Source: Paramoeba atlantica
Taxonomy: Eukaryota; Protista; Discosea
Direction: 5' to 3'
Length of the DNA stretch: 64,000 nucleotides
Assembly: GCA_977017575.1 (NCBI GenBank)
Contig: CDRNVI010000067.1
Location: forward strand, 1-64,000
Program-made: the position numbers and the translations under genes
Shown here: piece by piece, positions 31,064-42,546 of the stretch
Position numbering within the stretch: position 1 is the stretch's first letter
Layout of the letters: every line of letters starts with the position of its first letter
Notes under the pieces: model-generated
The model's input: the letters and a program-made list of their open reading frames with translations, nothing else
What the model was told of the DNA's origin: nothing
Database searches by the model: none

Positions 31064-32932
31064 ATGTCTACCCCCGCGGACGTCACCACACCTCTCAGAC
31101 CCACACCAACCCAAATTCCTCCCAATTCACTTCCCCTTAACTCCCCGATAGCAGCCACGGAAGCCCCCACTCACCCCTTCCCCCCTGTATTGTACTATCC
31201 CCTCCCCACGACCACGCTGCCTCCCTTTTCAGCTCCTCCGCATACAAGTGCGTTTTCCCCATTTCCGCTATCGATGCCTCAGGGATTTTATCCACAAGGA
31301 AATTTTGTTCCCGATGCTCGTTGGCTATATCCCATGATGTCTTCCGCTTCGTCAAGTCTCTTACCCGCACAGGAACCTGAAAAATTAGTTTCGCAAAATG
31401 CTTCACATTCCCGTTCTGTTGCGCTGGAAAGTTTTATTTTGGATTATTTACATCGCAATGGGCTTGAAAAAGCCCATGCGTTGTGTACGGAGAGCTTTCA
31501 CACGGAAGAAAAAAATAGACAACCCTCGAGTGTGGAAAAGCCGCTAGGGCCTTCACATTCCGCAAAGGGATCGCGAGAGCTCGATACGGAATCCTTGGCT
31601 GTTTCGCCGAGAAAAGGAAAGAAGAAGGCAGTCCAAATAACCGACGACGATAAGGAAAATCAGAAATCGGGGATCACGTCAAAGGAAGAAACATTGAAAT
31701 CATTTGGTTTATCCAGTGCCGCGGTATCAGGTAAAAGGGAGATTCAACCGGAAAATGATTTGTCAACAGCAATGGAAGTTGCACCTCAATTGCTAGGGAC
31801 ACACAAGACTAAGAAATCTCGTGATTCAGAAAGAATGAAAGATAAAAAAAAGCCACAAAAACAAAAAGATGAGATACCCCAGGTAAGTGGACATGCGTCG
31901 CACACCACGAAGACTATGAAATCACATTCTCCAAAATCTGCCAAAGCGACAGATGCTGAAACAAAAGCAAAACCAAAGGACATGGAGGTGAAATCAAAGC
32001 ATTCTGAGCTCAGCCCCTCAGAAGAAGATTCTATTCCCTTTGTACAATGGGAAAAAGCCCAGAACTTGCAGGCAACTTGGAAGGTGCTCCACAAAAAAGA
32101 TGATGTCAGAGCTTCCGAGGACAATATTATCAGCAATGTTGAGGCGACGTCAAATTCAACCGGATGGAATTGCTTATTACCCGCAGATGTTTCTGCATCG
32201 GCCGAAGAGGTGAAAAAGAAAAAATCTAAAAACAAAGAAAGACAAGAAAACGCCTTGAGGCCTCGAACGGATATTATAATTCTCCAAGAGCAAGAAACAG
32301 CGAGCAAGAACGTTAAAAATTCAGTGATTGATAAATTCTTTTCTCCCTCTAAAAAGCCTCAGATCGCCGCCCAGCCTTCGTATGCTGAGTCTCCCGTTGA
32401 GAGAAAATCCTCCAAAGAAAAATCAAAATCAACAAAGCGCGATAGAAAACAGGGAAACCTTGAGACATCCGCCTCTAAATTACTTCTCGACGCCTCCCCG
32501 GTAGTTCTACCATCCAAGCATACAAAGAAATCGCGCATCAAAACGGGTGTCACTTTACCAGATCCAGTGGGACTTAACTCAACACCGTCAACAAACGAAA
32601 AGCTTCCTGCAACCCGCGAAAAAGTAGAAACAAGAAATATTTCTCCCCGCAAAGCCCTGCGATTGGGTACAAAGCAAATCACTGAGGCGGTTCAGCGTAA
32701 ATTCCAAGAGAGCACAAAACGCGCAGGACGTTCTTCCTCAACACCCGAGGGCACGAGGCCTGACCGTTTATCAAACACAAAAACCCAGCCTACTTCAGGC
32801 GCACCTCAAGGGTTTTATTTAGCTGGGGAGTCAGATGGGACGGATAGTTCTGAGTGCACATCCGATTCGGACTTGAGCTCCGATGGATCGCTTTTATTTC
32901 AAAGTCACCACGTTCAAAAAATCAAAAAATGA
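31064..32932 (+). CDS. LisH-motif, K/S-rich low-complexity hypothetical protein
   Basis: 622 aa; LESFILDYLHRNGLEKAHALCTES fits the LisH consensus. Confidence 0.65.
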   Translation: MSTPADVTTPLRPTPTQIPPNSLPLNSPIAATEAPTHPFPPVLYYPLPTTTLPPFSAPPHTSAFSPFPLSMPQGFYPQGNFVPDARWLYPMMSSASSSLLPAQEPEKLVSQNASHSRSVALESFILDYLHRNGLEKAHALCTESFHTEEKNRQPSSVEKPLGPSHSAKGSRELDTESLAVSPRKGKKKAVQITDDDKENQKSGITSKEETLKSFGLSSAAVSGKREIQPENDLSTAMEVAPQLLGTHKTKKSRDSERMKDKKKPQKQKDEIPQVSGHASHTTKTMKSHSPKSAKATDAETKAKPKDMEVKSKHSELSPSEEDSIPFVQWEKAQNLQATWKVLHKKDDVRASEDNIISNVEATSNSTGWNCLLPADVSASAEEVKKKKSKNKERQENALRPRTDIIILQEQETASKNVKNSVIDKFFSPSKKPQIAAQPSYAESPVERKSSKEKSKSTKRDRKQGNLETSASKLLLDASPVVLPSKHTKKSRIKTGVTLPDPVGLNSTPSTNEKLPATREKVETRNISPRKALRLGTKQITEAVQRKFQESTKRAGRSSSTPEGTRPDRLSNTKTQPTSGAPQGFYLAGESDGTDSSECTSDSDLSSDGSLLFQSHHVQKIKK

Positions 32933-33114
32933 TCAGGTGTGTTTTCTGTGTTTCATGCTTCAATTCTTTGTTTAAGCCATTCACTAGGCATTATTCTGTT
33001 TATGTAACATTGTTCCTTAGCTTTTAGAAGTTTTCTGTGGATCTTTCCATTAGATATATTTGAGCTTGTAAGCATTCTTCCGAATTTTTGCGCGTTGTAA
33101 TGCTCGTTTAGAAG

Positions 33115-33212
33115 TTTCGTTAAACCTGGTGGTTGTTTTCAATGGTAAGTTCACCGGCATTGTCTGCACGTTGCACAAAGCTACCGTTGTATTTAACGAA
33201 AAGCCTAAAAAA
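33115..33212. repeat. Degenerate copy of the HINE-like 5' palindrome
   Basis: ttcgttaaacctggtggttgttttcaa...aaagctaccgttgtatttaacgaaaagcctaaaaaa, compared with 63228-63330. Confidence 0.65.
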
Positions 33213-33235
33213 TGGACACATGAGGGGCTGCGGGT

Positions 33236-36200
33236 ATGATCTCACGTGATCTCGTTTTGACATCGTCCAACCGCCCTCCCGAGCCAAATCCGCTCCCGGA
33301 GATCTCGCGGAAGGAGAAGTTGTCCATAGCGACCCTGAATGTGACCTCATTAAAATTAGAGGGGGGGGATTTGTTTTCTATTCGATCGTGTGTCCGATTG
33401 AAGGAAATATTGAACCTTATGAGTAGCAAGAGGATTCACATACTGGGGTTGCAGGAAACGAGGTTCCGTTTTGATTCTCGTCTCTTTGGTGAGATTCTAC
33501 GTCAGCAAACGGAGGACACCGGCGTTACGTATTACTTATATTTTTCCTCAGCAACGTCCGACCGTTCTTACAACGGAATGGCGCTCGTTAGTACTTTTCC
33601 ATTGGAAAAGGTGCGGGTTATCTCAGAACGGATTATGACTGCACAGTTTCCTTGGGAAAACGGGAACGCTACACTATTCAATGTGTACGGTCCCATTAGG
33701 GATTCTTCTAAGGAAATGAAATCTACCTTCGACGCTTCTTTAAGAAAGGCCGTTCGCGATCTTGAATCCACGAACCCCCAACGACCTACGATCTTAATTG
33801 GAGATTTTAATTCCCCTTTAACGCTGGTCAACAAAACTGCTGAAGACAAAGCAGCTGTAGCTCGATTTCGCGCCTTACTTGTAGACGTTGGTTGCAAGTC
33901 TGCCCACACTCTCTCACCAAGCTCTCGAAAGTGGACTTGTAAACTTCCCAATGGCGCTGAGAGACAATTAGATCATATTATAATTTCCAATCGATACGCG
34001 TCAGCAATACAACATCATAAAGTTTTACTTGCTCCTTTCCCAACGCAGCACTGCTCGGTTGTCACCCGTCTCAAGATTAAGTGGAAAGCGCATGAAACAC
34101 AACCTGGCAATCATTTGCCATGGTACAACCTAAAATCAGAAAATATTTGCAAGGAATTCAATAAATGTACCCAACAAGCTGTTTTCAAAGTAATCGGAGA
34201 GGGAAGACCCGACCCGTGGGAGGTTTTATCAGAGGGGATACTATATGCGGCACAGAAAACACTTCCGGATTTCGATGCACCAAGTGACTTAAGTAAATCC
34301 AATGGGCAACGAGAAGAAACAAACAAACAAGAGGAAATATTATCACTCAGCGCCCTGTACAAATCTAGTCGAAATGCGCATACATTCAAAGGTCTTGTAG
34401 ACAAGAGCCGTGAGCAAATTGAGGACACAATTGAAGCTGAATGTGCAATTCTCCAAGAAAAACTACGGAAAAACCATTCCAGCCCTTGGAGATTCATTCG
34501 CGAAATATGCGGAATGAGGAAAACAGTTTTTAATTATTGCGCAGGTCAATCAAACCGGAAACGACTAGCAGCCGTTAAGGACTTCTTCTCTAAAATTGCT
34601 AACCGAGGTGTTGGAGACACAAAAGTTGAATTTGATGAGGCCAAAAACTTTGAAGGAGAAATCATGGATTCACCTTTCACAGAAGATGAACTTGCATGCG
34701 CTGCGCGTAGACTTAAACGAGGAAAAGCTCCAGGACTCGACGAGATACCAGCGGAAGCGTACATATCCATACTCGAAGAAAATTCTTTACGCCATCTCCT
34801 TCTTGGAATCATCAACAAAGCCCTTGAAACGGGAAAGACGCACCATCTCTGGAAAACCGTTCTGCAAGTCCCCGTACCGAAAAAAAGTGATCTTTCCGAG
34901 CTGCGGAATTGGCGCCCAATATGTCTTGTCAACGTTATCCTCAAGCTAATTAACGGTATGATTTTGAATCGTATTCGGCCCTCGACCGAGCGAGTTCTAC
35001 GGGAAAATCAATATGGTTTCCGCCCGGAGAGGTCCACCTGTGGAGCCCAAATTATTCTCAATGAAATCCTCACGAAATCAAGACGGAATCGAAGTCACGA
35101 AAATGTCATGATTGCTTTCATCGACTTCGCGAGTGCCTTTCCATCGCTTTCACACTCATCTATCAGGGCAGCGTTACATTCGTTCCACGTAGGACCTCGA
35201 ATGACAACCCTTGCAATGTCGGCCTACGAGGGCTTAGAGGCCATTGTACGTACCCCGTTTGGGAAAACCAGCTCCTTTCCTATTACCTCGGGTATTTTGC
35301 AAGGGGATGTGCTGGCTCCGTATTTATTTATCATGGTTCTCGATCGCATCCTTCACGCGGCATTGAAAATTAAAGATGATGGACTAACGCTGAGCTCCGC
35401 CGGAACCAGAAAACGTGGATATAAATCAACACGAGTGACTGATATTGATTACGCTGATGATTTGATCCTGTTTTCCGACTCCAAACGTTCATTAGAAAGG
35501 ATGGTCGACAGCGTCGCTACTGAAGCATCCAAAGCTAATTTGAGTATAGCCGCTGGTGTCAACAAAACGGCATGGATGTCCATCTCGAAGAATGAGAATA
35601 AGGATGGCGATCTCCTTTCATCAACTTGTGGGAACATTCCGAAAGTAAAATCGTACCGCCATCTGGGGCATGTTCAGCATGAAACCGAGCCTAAATTAAC
35701 ATTAACCGACAGATTACGTTTGACGTGGGCGTGTTTTAGCAAACTACGAGGTATTTGGATCTCGCCTCTTCGCGTAAAGGCTAAGCTTCGAATTTTTGAC
35801 ACCCTTGTCTATCCCATACTAAACTACGGTACGTCATCCATGGTGATATCGGCATCGCAGGTGAGAAACGTTGAAGTACAAGTAAACAACATGAGGCGCA
35901 TCGTGTGTGACGCCGTAGGAGTTGATGAGAATGGGCATTGTTATCCTATTGAATCTCTGTACCACAACACGCTACATTTCAATACAATACATCGTATTAA
36001 TCGGGCGCGCCTTGTGGGTCACCAAATTAGGCACTCTGAGATCTACCGCTCTTTAGTAGGATGGGGCTCCCGGGAAAAGGCGAGATTTCCATCGCCTTCC
36101 GAAGCATGCGCACAAGACCTTGGGATTGAGATGGAAGAAATGCTTGTATATGCCTCTGATCGCGCACACTGGGCCAAATTAATTGAAAACCTCTCAGAGA

Positions 36201-37009
36201 GACTCGAGCCCTCAGAGTCTTATATTGGCTACAAAAGTCCTAAATGGAAACTAGCATACAAAAACGCTTTAAAAGAAACAGTGTGTAATAAATTACAATT
36301 TATCGAAGAAGGGGAAACCCCTTTTCCTGTAAAACCAGAGGAAATGCATGCGTACGTGAATGCTTCTATCTCCGATGATACGGACACAAGGGTAAAGGTA
36401 GCAGTTGGATGTGTAATAGTAAACGCAGAGAAGCATGAAAGTTTTTCGTCCTCCCTATCCTACCTGGAAACCAAATCTCCTGAAAGAGCCGAAATTCACG
36501 CTGCCCTATTTGGTTTGAGTAAACTAAAAGAAGTTGAAAATGTTGTTGTACACACAGATTCGTATTATGTGTGGAATTTTGTAAATATGCGCCGAAGGAA
36601 AGATCGACTGGTTGGTTTTGAAGGATCGAATTCCGATCTGCTTAGTTTTCTGGATAGTTTTATTCGATCAGCGCATTGTCAGGGGAGAACCATCACCTTT
36701 ATTAAGGTCCGAGGCCATTGTGGGAATAAATGGAATGAAGAAGCGGATACCTTAAGTAAAAAGCTCGTTAGTTCGGAACCTATTTCTAAACGAAGAAAAA
36801 ACCTGAACCGAGGAAATGAATCGGCCCACTCCGAATATGAGTGGATAGCGTGCCTTAAAACAATAGAAAAGAAAACCACGAACCCAACCCGTGAGGAGCG
36901 TCGGATGCGGCGTAAGAGAAAAGGTAAGTTACTAGACACCGCGTCTTCGCTTGCTAACGCAGAATTTGAACAAAGCGAAAAGAAACATTTCCGAACATCC
37001 AACCTGTAA
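33236..37009 (+). CDS. LINE polyprotein: AP endonuclease, reverse transcriptase, RNase H
   Basis: Uninterrupted 1257 aa. ATLNV/GLQETR/GDFNS/LDHIII (APE); KAPGLDEI, WRPICL, QYGFRP, FIDFASAF, GILQGDVLAP, DYADD (RT); RAEIHA, HTDS, KVRGH, NEEAD (RNH). Confidence 0.93.
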   Translation: MISRDLVLTSSNRPPEPNPLPEISRKEKLSIATLNVTSLKLEGGDLFSIRSCVRLKEILNLMSSKRIHILGLQETRFRFDSRLFGEILRQQTEDTGVTYYLYFSSATSDRSYNGMALVSTFPLEKVRVISERIMTAQFPWENGNATLFNVYGPIRDSSKEMKSTFDASLRKAVRDLESTNPQRPTILIGDFNSPLTLVNKTAEDKAAVARFRALLVDVGCKSAHTLSPSSRKWTCKLPNGAERQLDHIIISNRYASAIQHHKVLLAPFPTQHCSVVTRLKIKWKAHETQPGNHLPWYNLKSENICKEFNKCTQQAVFKVIGEGRPDPWEVLSEGILYAAQKTLPDFDAPSDLSKSNGQREETNKQEEILSLSALYKSSRNAHTFKGLVDKSREQIEDTIEAECAILQEKLRKNHSSPWRFIREICGMRKTVFNYCAGQSNRKRLAAVKDFFSKIANRGVGDTKVEFDEAKNFEGEIMDSPFTEDELACAARRLKRGKAPGLDEIPAEAYISILEENSLRHLLLGIINKALETGKTHHLWKTVLQVPVPKKSDLSELRNWRPICLVNVILKLINGMILNRIRPSTERVLRENQYGFRPERSTCGAQIILNEILTKSRRNRSHENVMIAFIDFASAFPSLSHSSIRAALHSFHVGPRMTTLAMSAYEGLEAIVRTPFGKTSSFPITSGILQGDVLAPYLFIMVLDRILHAALKIKDDGLTLSSAGTRKRGYKSTRVTDIDYADDLILFSDSKRSLERMVDSVATEASKANLSIAAGVNKTAWMSISKNENKDGDLLSSTCGNIPKVKSYRHLGHVQHETEPKLTLTDRLRLTWACFSKLRGIWISPLRVKAKLRIFDTLVYPILNYGTSSMVISASQVRNVEVQVNNMRRIVCDAVGVDENGHCYPIESLYHNTLHFNTIHRINRARLVGHQIRHSEIYRSLVGWGSREKARFPSPSEACAQDLGIEMEEMLVYASDRAHWAKLIENLSERLEPSESYIGYKSPKWKLAYKNALKETVCNKLQFIEEGETPFPVKPEEMHAYVNASISDDTDTRVKVAVGCVIVNAEKHESFSSSLSYLETKSPERAEIHAALFGLSKLKEVENVVVHTDSYYVWNFVNMRRRKDRLVGFEGSNSDLLSFLDSFIRSAHCQGRTITFIKVRGHCGNKWNEEADTLSKKLVSSEPISKRRKNLNRGNESAHSEYEWIACLKTIEKKTTNPTREERRMRRKRKGKLLDTASSLANAEFEQSEKKHFRTSNL

Positions 37010-37182
37010 ACTCAGTGGTGTACTCAAAACGAAAGTAATGGAAAAATATATCTACCAATAGGGCGCACGATGGTGTGGGAATCAAATTCTATTAGTTCTA
37101 GTTTTAGGAGCATATATTTAGTGAAGCTTGAACAGTTTCTCAACTGAAGGGTAATGCCTTCAGTGTTGTGTGTGTGTGTGTG
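33254..37182 (+). mobile_element. Non-LTR retrotransposon (APE-RT-RNase H, single ORF) with 17-bp TSD and (TG)n tail
   Basis: TSD TGATCTCACGTGATCTC (33237-33253) / TGATCTCGCGTGATCTC (37183-37199). 3' hairpin ctgaagg-gtaatg-ccttcag, then (TG)n. Confidence 0.85.
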
Positions 37183-37879
37183 TGATCTCGCGTGATCTCA
37201 AGTGATCTCTTTTTGGGCCTCACTCGCAGCTCCTCACATGTGTGAGATGTTGTGGGTAACGAGCAAACTGAGATCACGCAAGCTTAAGTGTGACACCCAC
37301 AACCCTTCATATGTCTACCAAGAACTGTCTTTTCTGGACGAAAAGATCTGCCATGTATGAGACGGAATTGTAGTCAAATTTTATATTTCGTTCTATTTTT
37401 GTATCCTCTTAGGTAGATATAGTACAACTGATTATTCATAATCCTTTGCAAATTTGTGCTTGTCTGAAGTCGCCTTCGTTCAACGAATAGTCAACGACGT
37501 TGACTCTAATTTTTACGCGGTTCGTGTTTTTTTCCCTGCAGTAGAAAATCACAAGAAAGCTTTTTCCTTTAGCACACTGCAGATACTTCCTGCAGTAGCT
37601 CGCACCACTCACGCCCAGGGAAGGTGCGCGGAGCACAACTACCGCGAGAATATGACTTAACACATTTTCTGGAGGGCACTGATACTCTTAACCTTTTATG
37701 TATGTCCGTTTCCGGCTGGCGCTAGGGCCGGATACTCTTCTTTCCGTTGAAGAGGGGCCGCCGCTCCGCACACCCGTGCAGCGCGTCAGACGCGCCGAAT
37801 GCCCCCGCTGGATGGACGGCGAGGAGAGCCTCTCAACGACGCTGCGTAGCCGAAAGGCTTCTTGCAGCCTCTCAACGAG

Positions 37880-38121
37880 TGGATTGGCTCGGGAGGGTGG
37901 TTGGAGTGGGGAGGGGGTGTTTGAGGGGGTGGGGGTCGCTGGGCTGGGTGAGGGTGGTTGCGCGGGAGCGAATGGCGTAGTTGCGGGGTTGTCTGGACAG
38001 AAAATCAAAGCACCCATGAGCAAAAAAGTTCTTTTCCCACCAAAAAAGCATACCCCCCCCAGTAACAGAGATTTGACCATTTGGGTCCAAAATCGATTCT
38101 ATTACTGGGGGGTATACGGTA
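37880..38121. mobile_element. Single-unit copy and right TIR of the 6396-7040 MITE family
   Basis: ggattggctcgggagggtgg...aaaaaagcataccccc...tccaaaatcgattct, ending tactggggggtatacggta. Confidence 0.7.
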
Positions 38122-38280
38122 ATAAAGAAGAAAAAGTTGGAAGAAAAAAATATAAAAGGGGGCCCCGGTGGTCCAAAATGGGGCGTCTAGGGGGGGGGGG
38201 TCTATGGGGGTTGTCCATGGGGGAGTGGTTCATGGGGGGGAGTCCATGGGGGGGTCCAGGGGGAGATCTAGGGGGAGAAG
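38122..38280 (-). repeat. HINE-like 3' fragment (microsatellite region), inverted
   Basis: tataaaagggggccccggtggtccaaaat plus G-run/TCCA repeats; reverse complement of 13785-13860. Confidence 0.65.
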
Positions 38281-38294
38281 TTTACATGTCTGGA

Positions 38295-38435
38295 GGCAAG
38301 GCCCAACTCGCGTAGCCCACGTCCGGAGGCAAAAGCCCCTGTTTGCGAGGAAGGCTAAACTGTGAGCGAAGCCCACATCTAGAGGCAAAAGCCCCCGTTT
38401 GCGAGAAGGGCCCAACTGTGAGCGTAGCCCTGGGG
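38295..38435. repeat. ~56-bp tandem repeat, ~2.5 copies
   Basis: gaggcaaaagcccc at 38326 and 38382. Confidence 0.75.
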
Positions 38436-39034
38436 CATAATTATACTTTTTGGCGACCTGCGTCGAACCCATGTCTGCCACTTCCGCAGGATTGTGTATT
38501 ATTTAGCGTCAGAACCTGGCAACAATTTACTCCCCGACTGATTAATTTTGATAATGATAAATGATAAATGTACACAATTTATTATTATTATTTATCAAAA
38601 TATACTAGAATGGAATGTCGAATTAACTAAAAAGATTGAGAACTCAGACAAACTTTTCTTCATCCGTGCAACCTGCAGCAATGTACAATGGCTCATATAA
38701 TAATTGGGGCTAGTGATTGCGCGCAAAATAATTTAACCGTTCGAAAAGATAAAGAAGAGTTACAAAATTAATACCCCATTCAGAATCAAAAAATCATATT
38801 CCATACCTGAACGCCCATTGAAACTTACATCTCCGAGAGATTATTTTTATTTTATTGCAGAGAGACCCACGGAGGACAGAACATCTAGTTCTGAGAAATT
38901 TCGACAAAATCTGGTTCTTGCCCCTCTTCTTCTGCTTCTGATGGGATACCGTTGAACAGGTTGCGTCTACGGGCCCATGCTTCGGTTGTAGTCGATGCGT
39001 CGCTCAAGGTATTCAAGCTAATGCCACACCGTTC

Positions 39035-40957
39035 CTATGCATTTACAGTCGCTTGTACTTGTTTCGGGGATGTCATCCACTGGAATGCCTCGCCAATAGC
39101 AAACAACAATTGCCCCTTCGATATTCGAGCCCCAAGGGATTTCGCATCTCCAATGCGTTCACCACGCAGACGTTTCTCTTTGCAATATTTGAAAAGAACG
39201 CAAGTTCTGTGATATCGGATTTGAGGTTTCAGACGATTAAAAACTCCAACATCGCACGGTTGGAGCTTTCCAGGGCAATTTTCTGGGACATACATGTATA
39301 AGACACGAATCCAATAAAATTTTCCGCCATGGCGACATTCATTGACTATTTGAGATTTCGTGGCTTCCGAGATGTGCACGCTGCAACAGTCTATCAAAAG
39401 TATTAGCGGTTCGTTGTTTTTTAAATGAAGCTCAGAAACCTGCTCAATGTAATAAGGGTAGAGAATTTTTTCTACATATTCAAGAAGCGCGCCTGTTGAT
39501 ATACAGGCATAACCAAAAAAATACAGGCCATAACCATGTATAATGGTTTTCCGTTTGGCATTGTACTGTGTCCGTACATGTTTGTACATGAGCTCCGCGA
39601 TGGCGCTCCTTTCCATTCCAAATTACGAACGGAAGAAGAATACATCCATTAAATGCTGCTGTAGCTATCAGCGTTGCGCTTCTTTTGTCAGCGAGTGCCA
39701 TACTGCCGACTTGCAGTCCGCTCGGAGCGAGGGTACGCTCAGGTAGACAATTGTAGGCTACAGAGGTTTCGTCCATATTGACAAGCAAAGACGTGAATAT
39801 TTGTCCATTCCACTCTTGCCGAACTAGATCGCATATACGAAGGAGCACGTTTCTTCCGAGCTCCTCAATATTTGCGGGAAATGAACTTTGCATCGTGGCT
39901 TTGGCACTCTTAAAATAAATGTTCATTTTCTTGAGCCAAGATACAACCGTAGGATATGAAGGACAGAAAGGCGCAATAAGTTCTGTACTTTCACTGTTGA
40001 GTGAATCGTTTTCTTTTTGATTTTCGAGAGATGCATCTAATATTTTAGAAACTATATCCTTCCATTCTTCACTAGGTTCTCGCAAGGTCTCGCTCATTAC
40101 AACCCAAAGAAGACATTTGCTCACTGGAATGCCATGAAGGCATAATTCAAGCAGTAGTGCACTAATAAGATCCACATAATGAGAGAATATGCTTGGGCGC
40201 TTGTTGTTGATTGTCAAAGGTTGAAGAGATTGCGCGTACAAATTGCGCCTTTGCCACCAACGACGAATACACTGATAATCGATGCGATCAGAAAATGAAA
40301 AAAAAGTTCCTTGATTCGTGGGCAAATGTTTGTCCAATGCGATTCATTAATGCTAGGCCTTCGGTTACGCACAAATATCGAGCTTCAGCTCATTAAAAAG
40401 TCAACGGCATCGCACACCGACTGCTTTACCTCTAAAGATAGGTTTTTGCGTACTGCAACTCTGTTTTCGTTTACTTCTTCCGGTTCGATTTCGACCTGCG
40501 GAAGATTATTATTTGCATGAGGATGGTGAATACCTAGTATTTGGAACTGCATTCGATTCGTCTTTTTATCCCAAAAAAGAGGTAAACCATCTGCTTCAAT
40601 AGAATGCAACTCACCGAATGATTTACACAGAATGAAGGTTCTTTCAACTCCTTCTGCTTCAGCTATACTTTTCGCCTCCGAGGCATGGAAAAGACCCACC
40701 TCCACCATAAATTAGTTTACGGAAGCATCGATATAACTTTGTGCAAGGCGTTCGAACGGAAAAAAAACCTCTGTTGCCAAGTCATTGTTTCCGTCTCTTT
40801 CGAACAGAGAATTAAGCCACCTATTTTTTTTCATTAGCCAACTGAGTGCAGGACGTCCTCCTATCGACGTAAATTCGTCCATGCCACCCATTTCATGTGA
40901 CATGCGTTTCCGAGGCATTTTAAAGCGATGAAACTTACTACCAAAAAAAATTATCAT
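39035..40957 (-). pseudogene. pogo/Tigger-like (DDE_1) transposase pseudogene, DD45D
   Basis: VVSWLKKMNI (HTH end), LLVNMDETSV, LILLIDCCSVH, PENCPGKLQPCDVGVFNRLK. One in-frame stop and at least two frameshifts across four ORFs. Confidence 0.85.
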
Positions 40958-41559
40958 TTTTTAAAACACAAAACTTTTGATAAAAAAAATGCTTCGAAAT
41001 GCTCAAAAAAATACCATTTATCAAAATTAATCAGAGGGGGAGCTGACCACGGATGCACCACGGAAGAAAGTACTCATCCAAACTACCATGTGCAGGGGTC
41101 GTTTCGATGAGTATTTCCATTTTCGTCGGAGGGCGGTGATAGTAAACCATGTTCCAGGATAGTATACCTAGTAGGTATACTAAGTGGATACGGTATACTA
41201 AATTTTGTCTAAAAAGCAGAAAAAAAATCGCGCCGTTGCTTATCTGCAGTTGCTAGAATAATGGTGTCTTGACCTCAAAATGCGACTTCTTACCGTGTGA
41301 TTGCTAGAAAAGTTGCTCTGTTGCTTCTAAAAAAGGGACGTCTCCCGCTCCTGTTGCTGGGAGGGGGGTAGATATACTAAGAGGGGTGACTCTGGGTGGG
41401 AGCGCCTAGGATATCTTTCGTCAAAATTTTCTTCCTTAGTTTCTTAATATTTTTTGCTTCAATCGGAAATACAGAAATCATGTTACTGGTATTGTTATTC
41501 TGCAGAACTTAAACGAGGGTTTCGACATGTAATAAACCATGTTAATAATACATTGTGCT

Positions 41560-41755
41560 TAGAGGGGTGACTCTGGGTGGGAGCGCCTAGGATCCCGCCT
41601 AGGATTTTTTCCAACTTTTTTTTCGTGAAAAATCCGAACTTGGCGGACCCTTCCTGCGGATACCAGGGGGGGTCACCCTCACGTGGGGGTGGAAAATTTG
41701 TTCACTTTTTTTTAATAATCGAGGGTACATCGGTAGTTAAACAACCACCGCAATA
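41560..41755 (+). mobile_element. Internally deleted HINE-like fragment with 3' hairpin
   Basis: aaatccgaacttggcggacc...ggggggtcaccc, then aataatcgagggtacatcggtagttaaacaaccaccgcaat. Confidence 0.7.
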
Positions 41756-42546
41756 CACATAACGTTAAGGACCGTCCAACCGGTGGGATTTTCTTGGTCG
41801 AATGAGCAGAGTGTTGTAGTATCGGACTGCGTCAGGGACTCTGCTAGCTCACCCGCTAAAACTCCACTACCCCAGATTGTTAGTCCGGGACGGTCCTGAC
41901 TGGAGAAACGAAGTTTTTTACGCCTCCACTCCTCCGGAGATGGGGTGGGATTCGACCACAGCTTGCACGAGTGCAGTTCCACCTCCATCGAGGTTACAAG
42001 GTTGGCACGCGAGAAAAGGTGGTGCTAACAACGTATTCCTGGAGATGGACCTACCACGCCGTCTTACAACCCCGGAACGCGGTTAACGACTCCGCGAGTA
42101 GGGGTTAAGCAGGAATAGTAATGGATAAATCCCTGCAGCTAGCTGGAAGTCCTTACTTCGGAAGGCTGGGGTCGCCATGCCCCATCACGGACGACAGCCC
42201 AACGCCGGACTCCCTTTCTATCTCTTTGTCATGTTAGCCCAGCATGTTCCATCCAAGGGGCATTGAGGATTCCGGACCTCTTTGAGAAAAAATCATTTTA
42301 CCAAGTCGGATCTCCGTAGAAGTTTACTGGGAGCGCCCGGGCAGGAGTCACCCCTCTAAGTGGCCTTGGGACACTTAGTAATCACCCTCCCCCCTTTATA
42401 GGTTTCATTGGGCAAAAGCGAGGCTATTATAAACGGGGTGGTACAGTAACTACCGTTTACTTGTAACTACTGTTTAGTGCACATTACTTTTGAGGAGGAA
42501 TTTATTCGTCTTTTATTCTATCAACACTTTTTGCGTTTTTCGCGTA

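Noticed and set aside
37121-37140. AACAGTTTCT in the LINE 3' UTR as a second SL relic
   Set aside because: Only ~10 nt match; lacks GTAC and the TTG tail.
41960-42060. HDV-like ribozyme (ACC-TCCATCGA-GGT)
   Set aside because: The L3 guanine is misplaced and the P1 pairing is poor in my manual fit; retained only as an unassigned structured region.
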